Below, one piece after another: positions 15,379 to 28,136 of a stretch of DNA of 64,000 nt. The notes under the pieces are model-generated. The model worked only from the letters and a program-made list of their open reading frames with translations. It did not search any database and was not told the origin of the DNA. The stretch's first letter is position 1; each line of letters opens with the position of its first letter. Source of the stretch: the human T2T-CHM13v2.0 reference genome, Homo sapiens; the NCBI RefSeq assembly GCF_009914755.1, contig NC_060929.1; one strand, 5' to 3'. Both the position numbers and the translations under genes were made by a program.

Positions 15379-16654
15379 TTAGCTCAAATTGTAAAAGTAT
15401 ACTGTGTAGAATAGCAAAATACACCTGTGGCTTGAGGCCTGCCCATTTGCAGCTGCTAAATTAAAAGTTTTCTCTGTGGGTAATACTCAGGTGGCTGGTG
15501 AATAGACATGTCTTCTGAGGCCAAATCTAATTTATTTGGCTTTCAATCATTGTTTTTTTTTTTTTTTTTTGTCTAGACAACTGTCTCTCTTACTAAAAAA
15601 ATTAATGTTAAGCAAAATTCTTAACATTTCCGTGCTTCATTTTCCTTATTTTTAAAATGAAAGAGTTGGATTTTGTTTGCTTACTATTAATCTACAACTT
15701 TAATAGGACTTAAAACTATACAAGAAACACAAAACTTACAGGGGACATTAAAGTGGTAAAGCAATTTTTATGTAGGAGCCGTTTTATTAAATACTTTGGA
15801 TCTTTTATTTTTTTTCCTCTCTTAAGGGCAAATCCCTTCTTCTATAGACAAGACCATTGTCAAAATGCAGATCCCAGGTCCCCACAAGTCTGAGCCTGTA
15901 TGGTTGGCATCTGGTGGTAGGCACCCCAGTGACCCTGATGCAGAGGGGCCTGGAGCACACTTTGAGGATTTGTGCTAGATTTTGCTTGTTGGCACTCAAC
16001 ATCTGTTTCCATCGCTCTCTGTGTCCCCAGACTCCTCCATCACAGGGACCAGAAGTCTGAAAACCTACACTCCCCTGACCCTTTGGCCACTAGGATTCTA
16101 GATGCAACTTAGATTCTGGCAAGTAGGAGCCCTTGAGATTTTGAAGGTAGAAGGAAGACAAAGGCCTTTTTTTTTTTTTTTTTTTCCTGAGATTTTGTGC
16201 TGCTGATATGTGTGAGTGCTGGCAGCAGCTGGGCTCCAGGTTCATTCTGTGTTATTTAGCTTCATGGTGTGGGGAAGCTGTGGCTTCAGCAGTGGCAATA
16301 GCCACACAAGCCACAATGGCCTGGCCTCCTAGTGACAGTCACTGCTCCTGTCCTCTGGTTGGTGGCTGTGGTAGTTTATAATCTGGAGGTCAGACCCTGT
16401 TTCAGTCACCATAGGCAAAGTTCTGCTGTGGTAATAAATAACCTCCTAATTTTAGGTGGCTTATTTCTCATTTGTGCTGTGTGCCTACTGTGGATTGCCT
16501 TGGGGCTGTGATTTGTGTCTCCTCACTGTAGGATCTGGACTCATGGAGCAGCCATCAACTTGGTCTATCATGCTAGAGGGGTGCAGAGGCCTACAAAGAC
16601 TGTGCTGACAACTAAATGGTGTGACCTAAAAGCAAAACATGTCATCTACTCTCA

Positions 16655-16957
<303 letters not shown>

Positions 16958-16965
16958 TCAATGCT

Positions 16966-17015
16966 CCCAGCAGCACCCAGCACCCAGTACCACCCAGCAC
17001 CCAGCACCCAGCACC
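16966..17015 (+). repeat. Short (CCCAGCA)n tandem repeat
   Basis: cagcacccagcacccagtaccacccagcacccagcacccagcacc. Confidence 0.8.
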
Positions 17016-18902
17016 ATAGCATGAACTCAGGAGGGTACTATAAATGCCCATGAATTAGGACGATGGTTTGGAGATCTTATTGCTAGGAAAAGGAAGCCCT
17101 TGCAGTATTTTATGCATACAGAGGGAAATAAACATAAGAAATGTATAACCCTAAAAGGCAAGAAAAGTCACTTGTCCCATCCAACCACAAAGGGACTAGG
17201 AAGTGTTCTCAGAAGGTGGAGAGCTGGAAATACTTGGTGATGACTACTTATAACTCCCACGAAAGCGTAGAGGCAGCCTTTTAAATTCCATTCACTAACT
17301 CTTCCAGTGATTTCGCAAATACCTATCTCTGAATCAAACCCCATTCTTCTCAAGATATCTAGAGTGGTTTTGTTTCTTGCCTAAACTCTGACCAGTAAAT
17401 AGACATTACCTTGTACCTACACTATATATGCTATCTTGAATTTGTGTTAGCTAACACACTGTTTTAGATTATGTTAGTTGTAGTATCTTTTAACACCTCG
17501 TTTATGCAAACAGGAATTAAATCAATGACTAAAGCTTGAAAAACCCTCATCCCCATGCATTAGCAGACTTCTGCATCTACTCAATTTGCTACCTGCTCTC
17601 TGCAATTATATAGTCTCTTCAATGAAAAGCTTATTTATATTTGTTCAAAGTAGCCTGGGTTTGTGGTTTTCTCTACCAAAGAGGGCTCAGTTGTGTGAAT
17701 ATTGATCTAGAAGCAACTTTTGGTGTTGATTCCCAGGTTAATAGGTCTTGCTGAATTTTACTAGCTTGTGCCTAAACACAGATCTTTACCAATAAATCAA
17801 ATTAACCTCTTCCTTTTCTCTCAGAGCTCAGTTCTCCCTCCTCTACTGTTACTCTCAATGGTGCCACCATTTTGCTAGACAGGCTGCATATATCAGTTTA
17901 TTGGGAATGGCTGCTAGGAGAACTGTGAGAAAGATTTCTGGGACCTGAGAAGAGGAATGTGGAGATCAGTCATTGTTTTCCATGAGTACAGTTGGATGGA
18001 AGTTGGCCAACTTCATCAAGTCTTCAGCTACAACCAAACTGGATTCCTTGCTGTTCTTAAAGACATCTTTCTCCTTTATCTGACTTTATTCCCTTCATTA
18101 CATCTACCTGGGCTATATTTCTTCACTTTCTCACCAATCCAATTTCTACTCCCCCTTAAGACCCATTGAAAACTTTCTTGATTTATCATGGATCTTAGCC
18201 ATTTTTGTTCCCCACACAATGTTGAGTTCATAGTTGCTACATAAATATTTGTTTAATGAATAAAAAAAAATGACTTCTTTTGTTGCCTTAAACAGCCTAG
18301 ATATTTTTTCTTAACTATTTATGGATTGTTTTGTCTTTAAAGTTAGATTGGCCACCATTGAGGGGAGTGATGAACCAGACCTTAAATTCATTTGTATAAT
18401 CTTCATTGTCTTGCCTATAGAGACTTAAACAATAATACCATTTCCATTTGAGAATTTTTGCCCTGAAGGTTGTTGGCACACCAGGGGTGGCTCTAGAAAT
18501 ATATATACTTATCAGACTATTACTGATGATAATGTTCAGAGACTGAATTTCCTAGGAAGGAGGGAGGGTAAGGAGAGTTGGATCACAGCCTGATAAAATA
18601 TCCTTTTCTCCACCTAACCCTATCCACTCTTCACCTAGATACCAGTTCTCATTCTTCAGTCCCCAGCCTGTTTGTCATACCTACTTAGAGAAGTAGCTCT
18701 AGCTCCCCTCTAATAGCAATGATAACTTTTACTACTTTGAATTTCTTTGGACTATCCTTTTCTCTTTCTAGCCTGGAAACTCCCTGAGGTACCTGGCTGC
18801 CTTTGTTCTTTTTTGCATCCCCAGAACTCACTGCAGTTCCTGGCATATAGCAGACATTGAATAGTTATTGTTTGGATGACGGAATGACTATCTAGTACGT
18901 TA

Positions 18903-19345
<443 letters not shown>

Positions 19346-19738
19346 TAAATGAATTTTGATTAATTCCCATAATTTAGCATTATTACTATTACAACTTGGA
19401 TTACAACTTGAATATATTAGGACAGATCAAATATTTAGCAAGATGGGGAGTGTGGAATAGGATATCTCTAAATAATTATATGTTCTACATTATAGTAACC
19501 TTTAACTTGATACTAAATTTTTCTTAATTTCACTAAATTTTACCCAATACTAAATATGACTTTATTTTCAGGGGTTGGGGGAAGACTGAAGGCCCTTCTG
19601 AGCCTTCCAAGAGCTCAGGTTCATCATTTACACACCATCCTATACTTTGACTATGAGGAAGGACCATGCAACACAAAGACAGTTTAGGACTGCCAGAGGC
19701 AACTCCCATCACACGTTTTAAAGAGAACATTCACTAGC

Positions 19739-19858
19739 CAGGAGAATTGCTTGAACCCAAGAGGCAGAGGTTGCAGTGAGGCAAGACTGTGCCACTGCCC
19801 TCCAGCCTGGACGATAGAGAGAGACCCTGTCTCAAAAAAAAAAAAAAAAAAAAAAAAG
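19739..19858 (+). mobile_element. 5'-truncated Alu right-arm fragment
   Basis: caggagaattgcttgaaccc...gtctc followed by a long A-tail. Confidence 0.88.
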
Positions 19859-22016
19859 AACAATTCTCTTCCTCTGTGATAACAATGACTTTAGGACTAC
19901 AGTTTTCCAAGGTACTATATTTCACTTTTAATTTTAGCTATAAGCCATTGACTAATATGACTTGAACCTATGATGAGATTTCTACTCTTTAAAAAAAATC
20001 CCCCTTGTACACAGCAGACAGATGCAAAGAATTAATTGACATGTCAGGCTTCATTTTCTGCATAGTTACACTGAGCTAATATTTAGACTTCAGCTATATT
20101 TTTGATGCAAACAATGTGCAGCCATACCCGTGTCCTTTTTAAATTACAAGGTTTGAGCCTGCACATTAGCCTCGGGAGGACCTTGGATCCGTCTTTCTTA
20201 CACATGGGACTTGAGGCAAGTCATTAAAACAGAAGAACCCTCATGTGCAGAGCTGAGGAGCCTGCTCGTGGTGCAGTAGAATCTGGAAAATGAGAGGGAG
20301 GAGCTGGCATAAGAACACCAGTTTTGCTCTAGAGCAGGGATTCCCCCTTCTCTGCCCCAGTATCCAGGCTGACACTGGTATTAAGGGTAGTTCATGAGTG
20401 GCCTTGATATTCTTGGGTGTCATTCTTCAGAGACATTGGGGCTATATGTTGAATGTCTACAGTTCTACCCTCTCCCACGACCCCTCATCATGAATTCAGC
20501 TAAAATGAGTCTATTTTTATCATCTGCCTGTATCATCCCTGGTGGCCAGAATGATAGTTATTAAAAATAATGCTAATTATAGCAATAATAATAGCTGTCA
20601 TTTGTTGGCCATCTGCTATGTTCTAGTAAGTTGCCAGGGGCTTTCCGTGCATTATCTCATTTATCCTTCACCACAATCCTGTTGTCATAGACATTTTTCA
20701 TTGTGGGGAGAGTTGCCTTTGTGTGCATCTTTATGAGCATCTCCCTTTGAAAAGGAATCTAGACCTCCAGGGGTACCCTGCCTTTCCTCTCCTACCTCTA
20801 GCAGACAGGTTAGCCTCCCAGACACCTGTGCTGGATTTTTGAGCAGGAGCCAAGACACAAAGGGCAGAGGCAAGGGGTGGTAGAGTCCATCTGTGCTGCT
20901 GGCAGCAGTATCTGGACAAATATTCTTAATGCCCAGCCTTCAAGGCACTCGTGGCTCCTGCTGGCTTTCCATTCATGTACATCTGTGGTTCTGTAGATTC
21001 TAGTAAGTTCCTTTTTTTTTTTTTTAACTTGAATGCTGTTGCTTGCAACCAAGTATGTTATCACATGTGTGAATCAGGTACTATCATTATCTCTGTTTTA
21101 CAAGAGAGAAGACTGAAACTCAGATAAATTAAGTAACTTGACCAAGGTCACATATGAGTATGTTGCAGGGCTAGGACTCAACCCACAGATGTCAGATACC
21201 AGAATCTGATTCTTCCACTGGCCTCTGCCAAGTTAGTCGACTCTTAGCTCTGTGTGCCTGGTCCATCAGACATGGTTATAGCATCTGAGAAGGACAAGAG
21301 GATAGCCTAGTCTTCAGAAAAGACACATGACTAGTTTTTGTTTTCTTCATTTAACAAGATAAGAGCTGCCTTGATTTTTCTTTACCCAGGTGGATCTATT
21401 AGATTTCCTTTCTTGAAACACTTTTCCCTCCTTTTAATGAACCAAAGGATTGCAAACCCATGAGTGATTGTTTTAAATTTTATTTTTACAGCCCAGCAAG
21501 CTAAGAACCATGAGTGATTTTTAATTAAACACCATTTTTTTGTTTCTTGAAATCTAAAGCTCCAATTAAAAATAAGAAACCATAACTGCATTAAACTTCA
21601 TCACTTGAGCCCCAAGTCAGCAAGCAGCCATAAAACAGTGACATGCTGGAGATGAGTTGCATGCATTTATCAGTAAATGGGGCTATGTATGCTAATGGGC
21701 TTCAGCTTGGGAACTCCAGGCCTGGCTGCATCAGACTGGTTAAAAGCTCAATTCATTAATAGGAGCCCATGAAGGACTGACTTGTAGTGTCTAATGCCTG
21801 CTCCAGGTCCCACAAAAGCAGCTGAGTGTGTGCCTTTGCCTTTGGAAGGAATTTTGCAGAATTGTGGTTGTGAGGGGCTGGGGTTGAGTGGAGACTTCTG
21901 AGAAAACAGGATCACACTGACCCAACCAAGGCGTGGGAGCAAAAGACTAGCACATATCAAATTCCTGGGTTGTGTCAATTACTGTACTAGGAACTTTATA
22001 TTTGTTAGTCATTTAA

Positions 22017-22400
<384 letters not shown>

Positions 22401-23523
22401 TAAGGAAATTGGGATTCAGAAGGGTCAGTTGCTGAAGATTACAGAGGGAGGAATAACTAGGGCATAAACCCAATTTTGACCCCAGAGCTATCTCCCATGA
22501 CCTTGGCAGTTTGCATTATCTCACTGGACCTATTTTGGGGTAGAGAATCTTTAATAGTCAAAAGATTCATTAGCATGGGCTTTGAAGTTAGACAGACAGA
22601 CCTTGTATCAAATCTCTTCTGCCTGTATGTCATCTGACAACCTCTTTGAGCGTTAGTTTCTGTTCATTACAGGGGATTTTAGCAAGTTTTCATAAGACTC
22701 AAGCTTGCAACGATATATGGCACAGTCTGGGACACATGTTGACAATCATTGGTTGTTGATGCTCAATGATTGTTGATATTGCTGTTTTTTCTTACTCATC
22801 TTGCCTTTTAGGGTTTCTAAAGTACTGCAGGATTTCTCTTCCTAGCTCAAAGTTCTCCAGGCTGTCATCCTCTTTCGTGGGCATTTATAGTATCCTCCTG
22901 TGTTCATGCTGTGGGGCTGGGTACAGCCAGAAATGCAGTGGGAAGAGGACTGCATCGGTCAGGACTCTGTTTTTTCTTTCAATTGCACGTGATAGAAAAT
23001 GTAATTCAGACAAATTTAAGCAAAAATGATCCTGAGTTTAGGCTAGAGAATATGTAATAAAAAGTTCAAGAGCAGATTTGGCTTCAGACTCTGCATGATC
23101 CAGGCTCACACAGTGTAGTCAGCACCTGACTTCTCTTTCTCCTCTGGCTGCTTTTGCTCTGTGTAACTTCAGTTCTTCAATGAGCTCTCACTCAGGGCAG
23201 CAAGACGACAGTAGTTCCCATTCTACCTGCTCAGCTTCATGTCCTGAGAAAATGTGAGCGAACTCTCAAAGGTCCTAGGATTTGCTCTGGGATGGCCGAA
23301 TCAAATGTCCCCGCCTCCATTGCCAAGCCCAGGAGAACTGGTGCATCCACTGGCCTTACAGAGGTGGGCTCTACCCAAAGAACTGGATAGAGAGGGAGGG
23401 AGGGGCTTTTCTTGAAAGGAATCATGGTGGGTCTTCTCAAGGTGATAGATGCTGGGCAGCAAATGTAACAAAATGTTGACTACAGGAGCATGGTCTCTGT
23501 CCTTTGGATACTTGCAGTCTAGA

Positions 23524-23830
23524 GCAGGGGCTGGTGGACTCTTTCTATAAAAGGCCAGATGGTAAATGTTTCAGGCTTTGTGGGTCATGTGGTCTCTGTC
23601 AACTACATCATTGCAGTGCAAAACAGCCGTAGACAATTTGTAGACTAATGAGCAGGACTGTGTTCCAATGAAACTTTATTTATGGACACTGATATGAATT
23701 TCGTATCATTTTCATGGGTCATGAAACATTCTTCTTTTCATTTTCTTTAACTAGTGAAAAACATAATAGCCATTCTTAGTTTGCAGGCTATACAAAAACA
23801 GGCAGCAGGCTGGATTTGGCCAATGCCTGG
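23524..23830. mobile_element. MER58B-like hAT-Charlie element
   Basis: ttctataaaaggccagatggtaaatgtttcaggctttgtggg...ggcagcaggctggatttggcc. Confidence 0.7.
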
Positions 23831-25319
23831 TCTAAAGGTAAAAACAAACACTTTTCTTCCCAGTCCCATTTCCTCCCATCACCACATCTATTTATCTCAT
23901 GTATTACTTGTGAAAGGGGGAAATAGCACGGTCTGTTGGAGCACTTGGTGAGGATCAATTGCTCAAGATTTGGTGGATAGTGAAACATACTGGGTTCCAA
24001 GTGACTGAGCAGTTTTGTATACATCCAGTTTTGTGGCCATCCCAGATTATTGTATTGGACACATTTATGAATTCCTTTGCTTTGTAAGTCCCGAGAGACT
24101 TGTTAGTCAATCAGCAAGGTTTTTTTTTTGTGTTTTTTTTGCCTGCCAGTGGGTCTTCTGTATAGACAGAGAAGGCAGAAAGAAGGTGAAAACTCTTTGA
24201 TCTACTCATAGTCTAACTTTGAAATGTAACCAAAGTAAAATTCTTATTCTGAAAAGGGGCATGGGTATATGACAGTAAAAAATTCCTGAGCTCTATCTTT
24301 TTCACGTATTTGAGCGTGGTGAAGGCCAAATAAAATAGGGTTGAAATTCAATGAGATTAGCATTTAAGGCTGTGCCCTAGAGATGCTTTGCAATGAAGTT
24401 TTTCCTTCCATAGTAAAATTTGAAAAATCAAGATAATGTATTATGTATAATTTATTGTTTTAATTTATTGCTTTAAAGATTTTTTTTTTAATCCTGAGAT
24501 TATGTCTTTCCTACCTTATTATTTTTCTTTTCTAAAATTATAATAAAGGTAGGGGGTCTTTTTTTAAAGGCAAAAATAAAAATAATTCCCAACCTTGGGA
24601 ATTCCATGAAATTTCTATGTAAATTCCATGAAATTCAAAGGTCTAAAATAGAAGAGCAAGGTCAACATTTTTAGGTCATATATCTTTGTATATAAAATTT
24701 TTGAGCAGGAATCCCTAGCTTATATATATTTATTTATAAGTTGTTTATTACTAACCTCATATGGATCAGATATTAGTAAAGCATAATACTTATTTTTTAA
24801 TTAAAATAATAAATACTTCCACATTCCAATGGACAATTTGCATTTTAGAGGCCATTGGTTTGATTTAGACAACAAGAACTTATAATTTAATAAGGAACCT
24901 CTGAGCTTTGAAGAGTCTGAGAAAACATCTCTCCAGGGCCACCTATCCTGGCATCTTTGATGGGCTTCAGATCATTTATGACCCTCTGGGATCCTATGCA
25001 AAATGATTTATGTATATTCATTTTTCTGGAGTTGAGTCCACTGCTTAAATAGGTTCTCAAAGAGTAAGATCTGCCGACTAAAAGACAAATTCACAGATCT
25101 AGTGCAGCTGCTTTATAAAGACAGAAAAGAAGGTAAATTGCCAGGATCAAGGCAGTAAAGTCAGAACTGAAGTGGAATTTGCATTTGATGGAGTTCCTGT
25201 TTCATTGCTTTTAGAATCGCTTAGATCTCTCAGTTTCTATCCCATTCTTTGGGTATTAGAGATTCACAAACAACTACATAACACATTGGCTCATTGTAAT
25301 GTGGATTTTTCAAATGCTA

Positions 25320-26010
25320 ATAATATTTTATTGATAGACAATTTACATAGAGTAAAACACACGAATCTTAAATGTACAGCTTGAGAAATTTCAACAAATA
25401 TAAACATCTATGTAAGTTCACCCAAGTTGTAATACAGAGCTTTCTTATCACCCCAGAATCTTCCCTCATTTCCCTTTACTGTCAACCCCTTCCTCCTGCC
25501 AGAGGCAATCATAATGTGCTTGCTATCACTGGAGATTATTTCGTCTGGTTTTGAATTTTACGTAAATGGAATCATAAGGTATGCATTCCTTTTTTTGGTG
25601 ACTAACTTCTTTCAACATAATGCATTTGATAGTTATCCAAGTTGTTGCATGTAGTAGTTCTTTGTTTTTTAAATTGCTGAGAGGTATTATATTATATAGG
25701 TATACCACAGTTCATTCATTTTCTTGCTAATTGATATTTGGATTATTTCCGTCTTTGGCTATTGTGAACAATGATACTATAGACATTCATATATACTTTT
25801 ATAGACATTCATGTATGTTCTCTTGGGAACATACTCAGGAGTGAAATTTCTGAGTCATAGAATAGGTGCTATTTAACTTCGTTAGAAACTGCCACACTGT
25901 TTTTGAACGTGGTTGTGCTATTTGATATTCCCACTAGAAATATGTGAGAGTTCAAATTACTCTGTATCCTTGTCCACAACTTGATATTGTCTCTCTTTTA
26001 AAATTTGGCC
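25320..26010 (-). mobile_element. Old L1M 3' region
   Basis: aatcttaaatgtacagcttgag, gtaaatggaatcata, ttagaaactgccacactgtttt motifs. Confidence 0.7.
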
Positions 26011-26084
26011 ACTCTGTTGGGTGTGTTGTGTTCTTTTCCTCTCCAGCCCCCATTTTAACACTTCTGAGGTTGAGATGCTTTTTA

Positions 26085-26141
26085 GAGTTAATATCAAAAG
26101 AAACTTACTAGCTGGAGTTAATATCAAAAGAAACTTACTAG
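26085..26141 (+). repeat. Perfect 27-bp direct duplication, period 30
   Basis: gagttaatatcaaaagaaacttactag twice, separated by ctg. Confidence 0.92.
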
Positions 26142-26287
26142 GCAAGGAAATGAGTAGTGACAGATAAGAGGCTATCTTTGTTCATATCAAACTTGGAGTT
26201 CATAGAAGGAATCTGTTCATTGATTGTCACCTTGGCTGAGAGATTTGTTTGGTAGCATGATTTAAGATAAATGCAAATTAAACATGA

Positions 26288-26653
26288 TATCTTAGTTCAT
26301 TTGTGCTGCTATAAGAAAACACCACAGACTGGGTAATTTATAAAGAATGGAAGTTTGTTTCTCATAGTTCTGGAGGCTGGGAGTCCAAGATCAAGGTGCC
26401 AGCAGGTTCAGCGTTTGATGAGAGCCTGGTCTCTGCTTGCAAGTTGGCCCTTTGTTGTTGAATCTTCCAAAAGGGACAAACATTGTGTCCTCACATGCTG
26501 GTAGGGACAGAAGGGCAAAAGGGCCTAAAGCTAGTTTGTATCACCTCTTTTATAAGGCAGTAATCCTTATAATTAATCACTTCTCAAAAGGTCCCTCCTC
26601 TTAGCCATTAAGTTTCAACACATGAATTTTGGGGGAACCTTCATACCATAGCA
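26288..26653 (-). mobile_element. MaLR solo LTR (MLT1A/MSTD-like)
   Basis: cttagttcatttgtgctgctataag...ctggaggctgggagtccaagatcaaggtgccagcagg...ccatagca. Confidence 0.75.
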
Positions 26654-27878
26654 TGTGGATATCTCATTGTTGGTTTAAATGTCTTCAGAAATTCATATTA
26701 TTGTGCAAGATTGAATCAAAAGTTATTGTATATATAAATTGCTATACATTGCAACTAAAGGCAGCAGAATTTTCTAAATGTTTTAGAATAGTTGATAGGG
26801 TTTTCTCAATTCTAAGAGGCTGGTATGACAATTCACGTGCTTGAACTTCGGGTTGACTTTAGAAAGAAGCTAGTAAACTTCCAGTGGCATATTCTTCAGT
26901 TAAGAAAAATAGAAATAATGAGTTAACCAAATAGGAAATGAAGATGCAATCTTGCTATTCTTTGATTTTCTTGAAAGCATTTCTAAAAATGGTACATTTG
27001 AATGGCTTCAAAAGTAATAAAAGTAAACAGTTATCTCTTGCCCACCCTATCTCCTCCCTGGAAGCATCCAATGTTAGCAGTTTCTCGTGTGAGCTTTAGG
27101 AGATGTTCTATATAAATACAAGCAAATATGTACATTTTCTCTCACCTCTTCTTTTTCATTTCTTTTTTAAAAATACAAATGAAAACACATTAGGTATACT
27201 GTTCAATACTCTACTTTTTTCACTTAAAAATATGTTTTAATTTACTACACAATTTTACTACTATTCTTAACGTAGTGTCAAAGAGGTGAAGATTACAAGT
27301 GTGAGTCCGGGAAAGCTATGTGTTACCACAGTGCCCATAAAATTGCCCAAGGCCAAAAGCAATTCAGAAGAATCTTTACTCTCTGAAACAGGCTAAGTCC
27401 CAAACATTGCTTGGTGGGCTCAAGAAGAAAGAGGTATATTGTTATATAAGTAAAGGTAGACAGTTGTAAATTAAAAATCACGCACCTTTAATGTAATCTT
27501 TCTTTTTTCCCCTTGAAATGTTGCTACTTTGTTGATATGCACCTCTATTACCTTGGGGAAGATGAAATTTCTAGGAGTCCTTTTCTTGGTTCACTATCCA
27601 AATATTGTCTATTTCTGGTGTAGTGGTCCTGGAACCCTTTGAAAAACTGGTAAAAGCTATGGACTTTCATTCCAGAGAAATCCAGGTAGGTACATATAAA
27701 TTTGACTTTAACTTTAGGGGGTTTATAGACTACCCAACGCTCATTGGTGGCAAATGTCCCTGACGTAAACACTTGGTTCTGATCTGACTGAAGAATAAAA
27801 ATAGTTTGTGTTCTGTTGGAATTTTTAGTAATAAGCCTATTTTTTTCAGAAATTTTAGTAAATAAAAAGTTGATTGCA

Positions 27879-27998
27879 TGGGGAACCTGGCACTAAACCA
27901 TTCGTAGATGACCTACTTCTGGGTTGGGGTTTTGTACGTGGCAGAACGGCTTTCTTGCTGCGTCCTATTGAAAGTCAGCCCTCAACACGAGGGTTTGT
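27879..27998 (+). pseudogene. Retroposed 3'-terminal fragment of 28S rRNA (SINE28-type)
   Basis: tggggaacctggcactaaaccattcgtagatgacc...ctattgaaagtcagccctcaacacgagggtttgt matches the last ~120 nt of 28S rRNA. It is followed by an A/T-rich tail and flanked by a degenerate 15-bp TSD (27864-27878 / 28030-28044). Confidence 0.9.
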
Positions 27999-28136
27999 AA
28001 GTTTTTAAAAAAATTTTTTCTAAATTAAAAAAAAGTCAGTTGCAAGTTTTTTGAGGGCATACATTAGACTTAATCAGCTTACAAATGATTTCCTTCTGCC
28101 ATTTCCTCCCAAAATAATGTATTTTAGTTTGATCAC

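Larger units (their letters stand above)
14419..15457. mobile_element. MER102-like hAT remnant split into three pieces (about 14419-14490, 14857-15075, 15379-15457)
   Basis: cagagtggcaaa..aggggccagg; gtagcaaactggagagcac; ggatttttatgtggaatttcc. Family recalled, not aligned. Confidence 0.45.

Noticed and set aside
24600-24637. Short direct repeat aattccatgaaatt twice, and ttacaacttg twice near 19389-19410
   Set aside because: Small slippage duplications in AT-rich DNA with no further structure.
26271-26278. Perfect octamer ATGCAAAT
   Set aside because: An isolated 8-mer between repeats, expected by chance in 64 kb.
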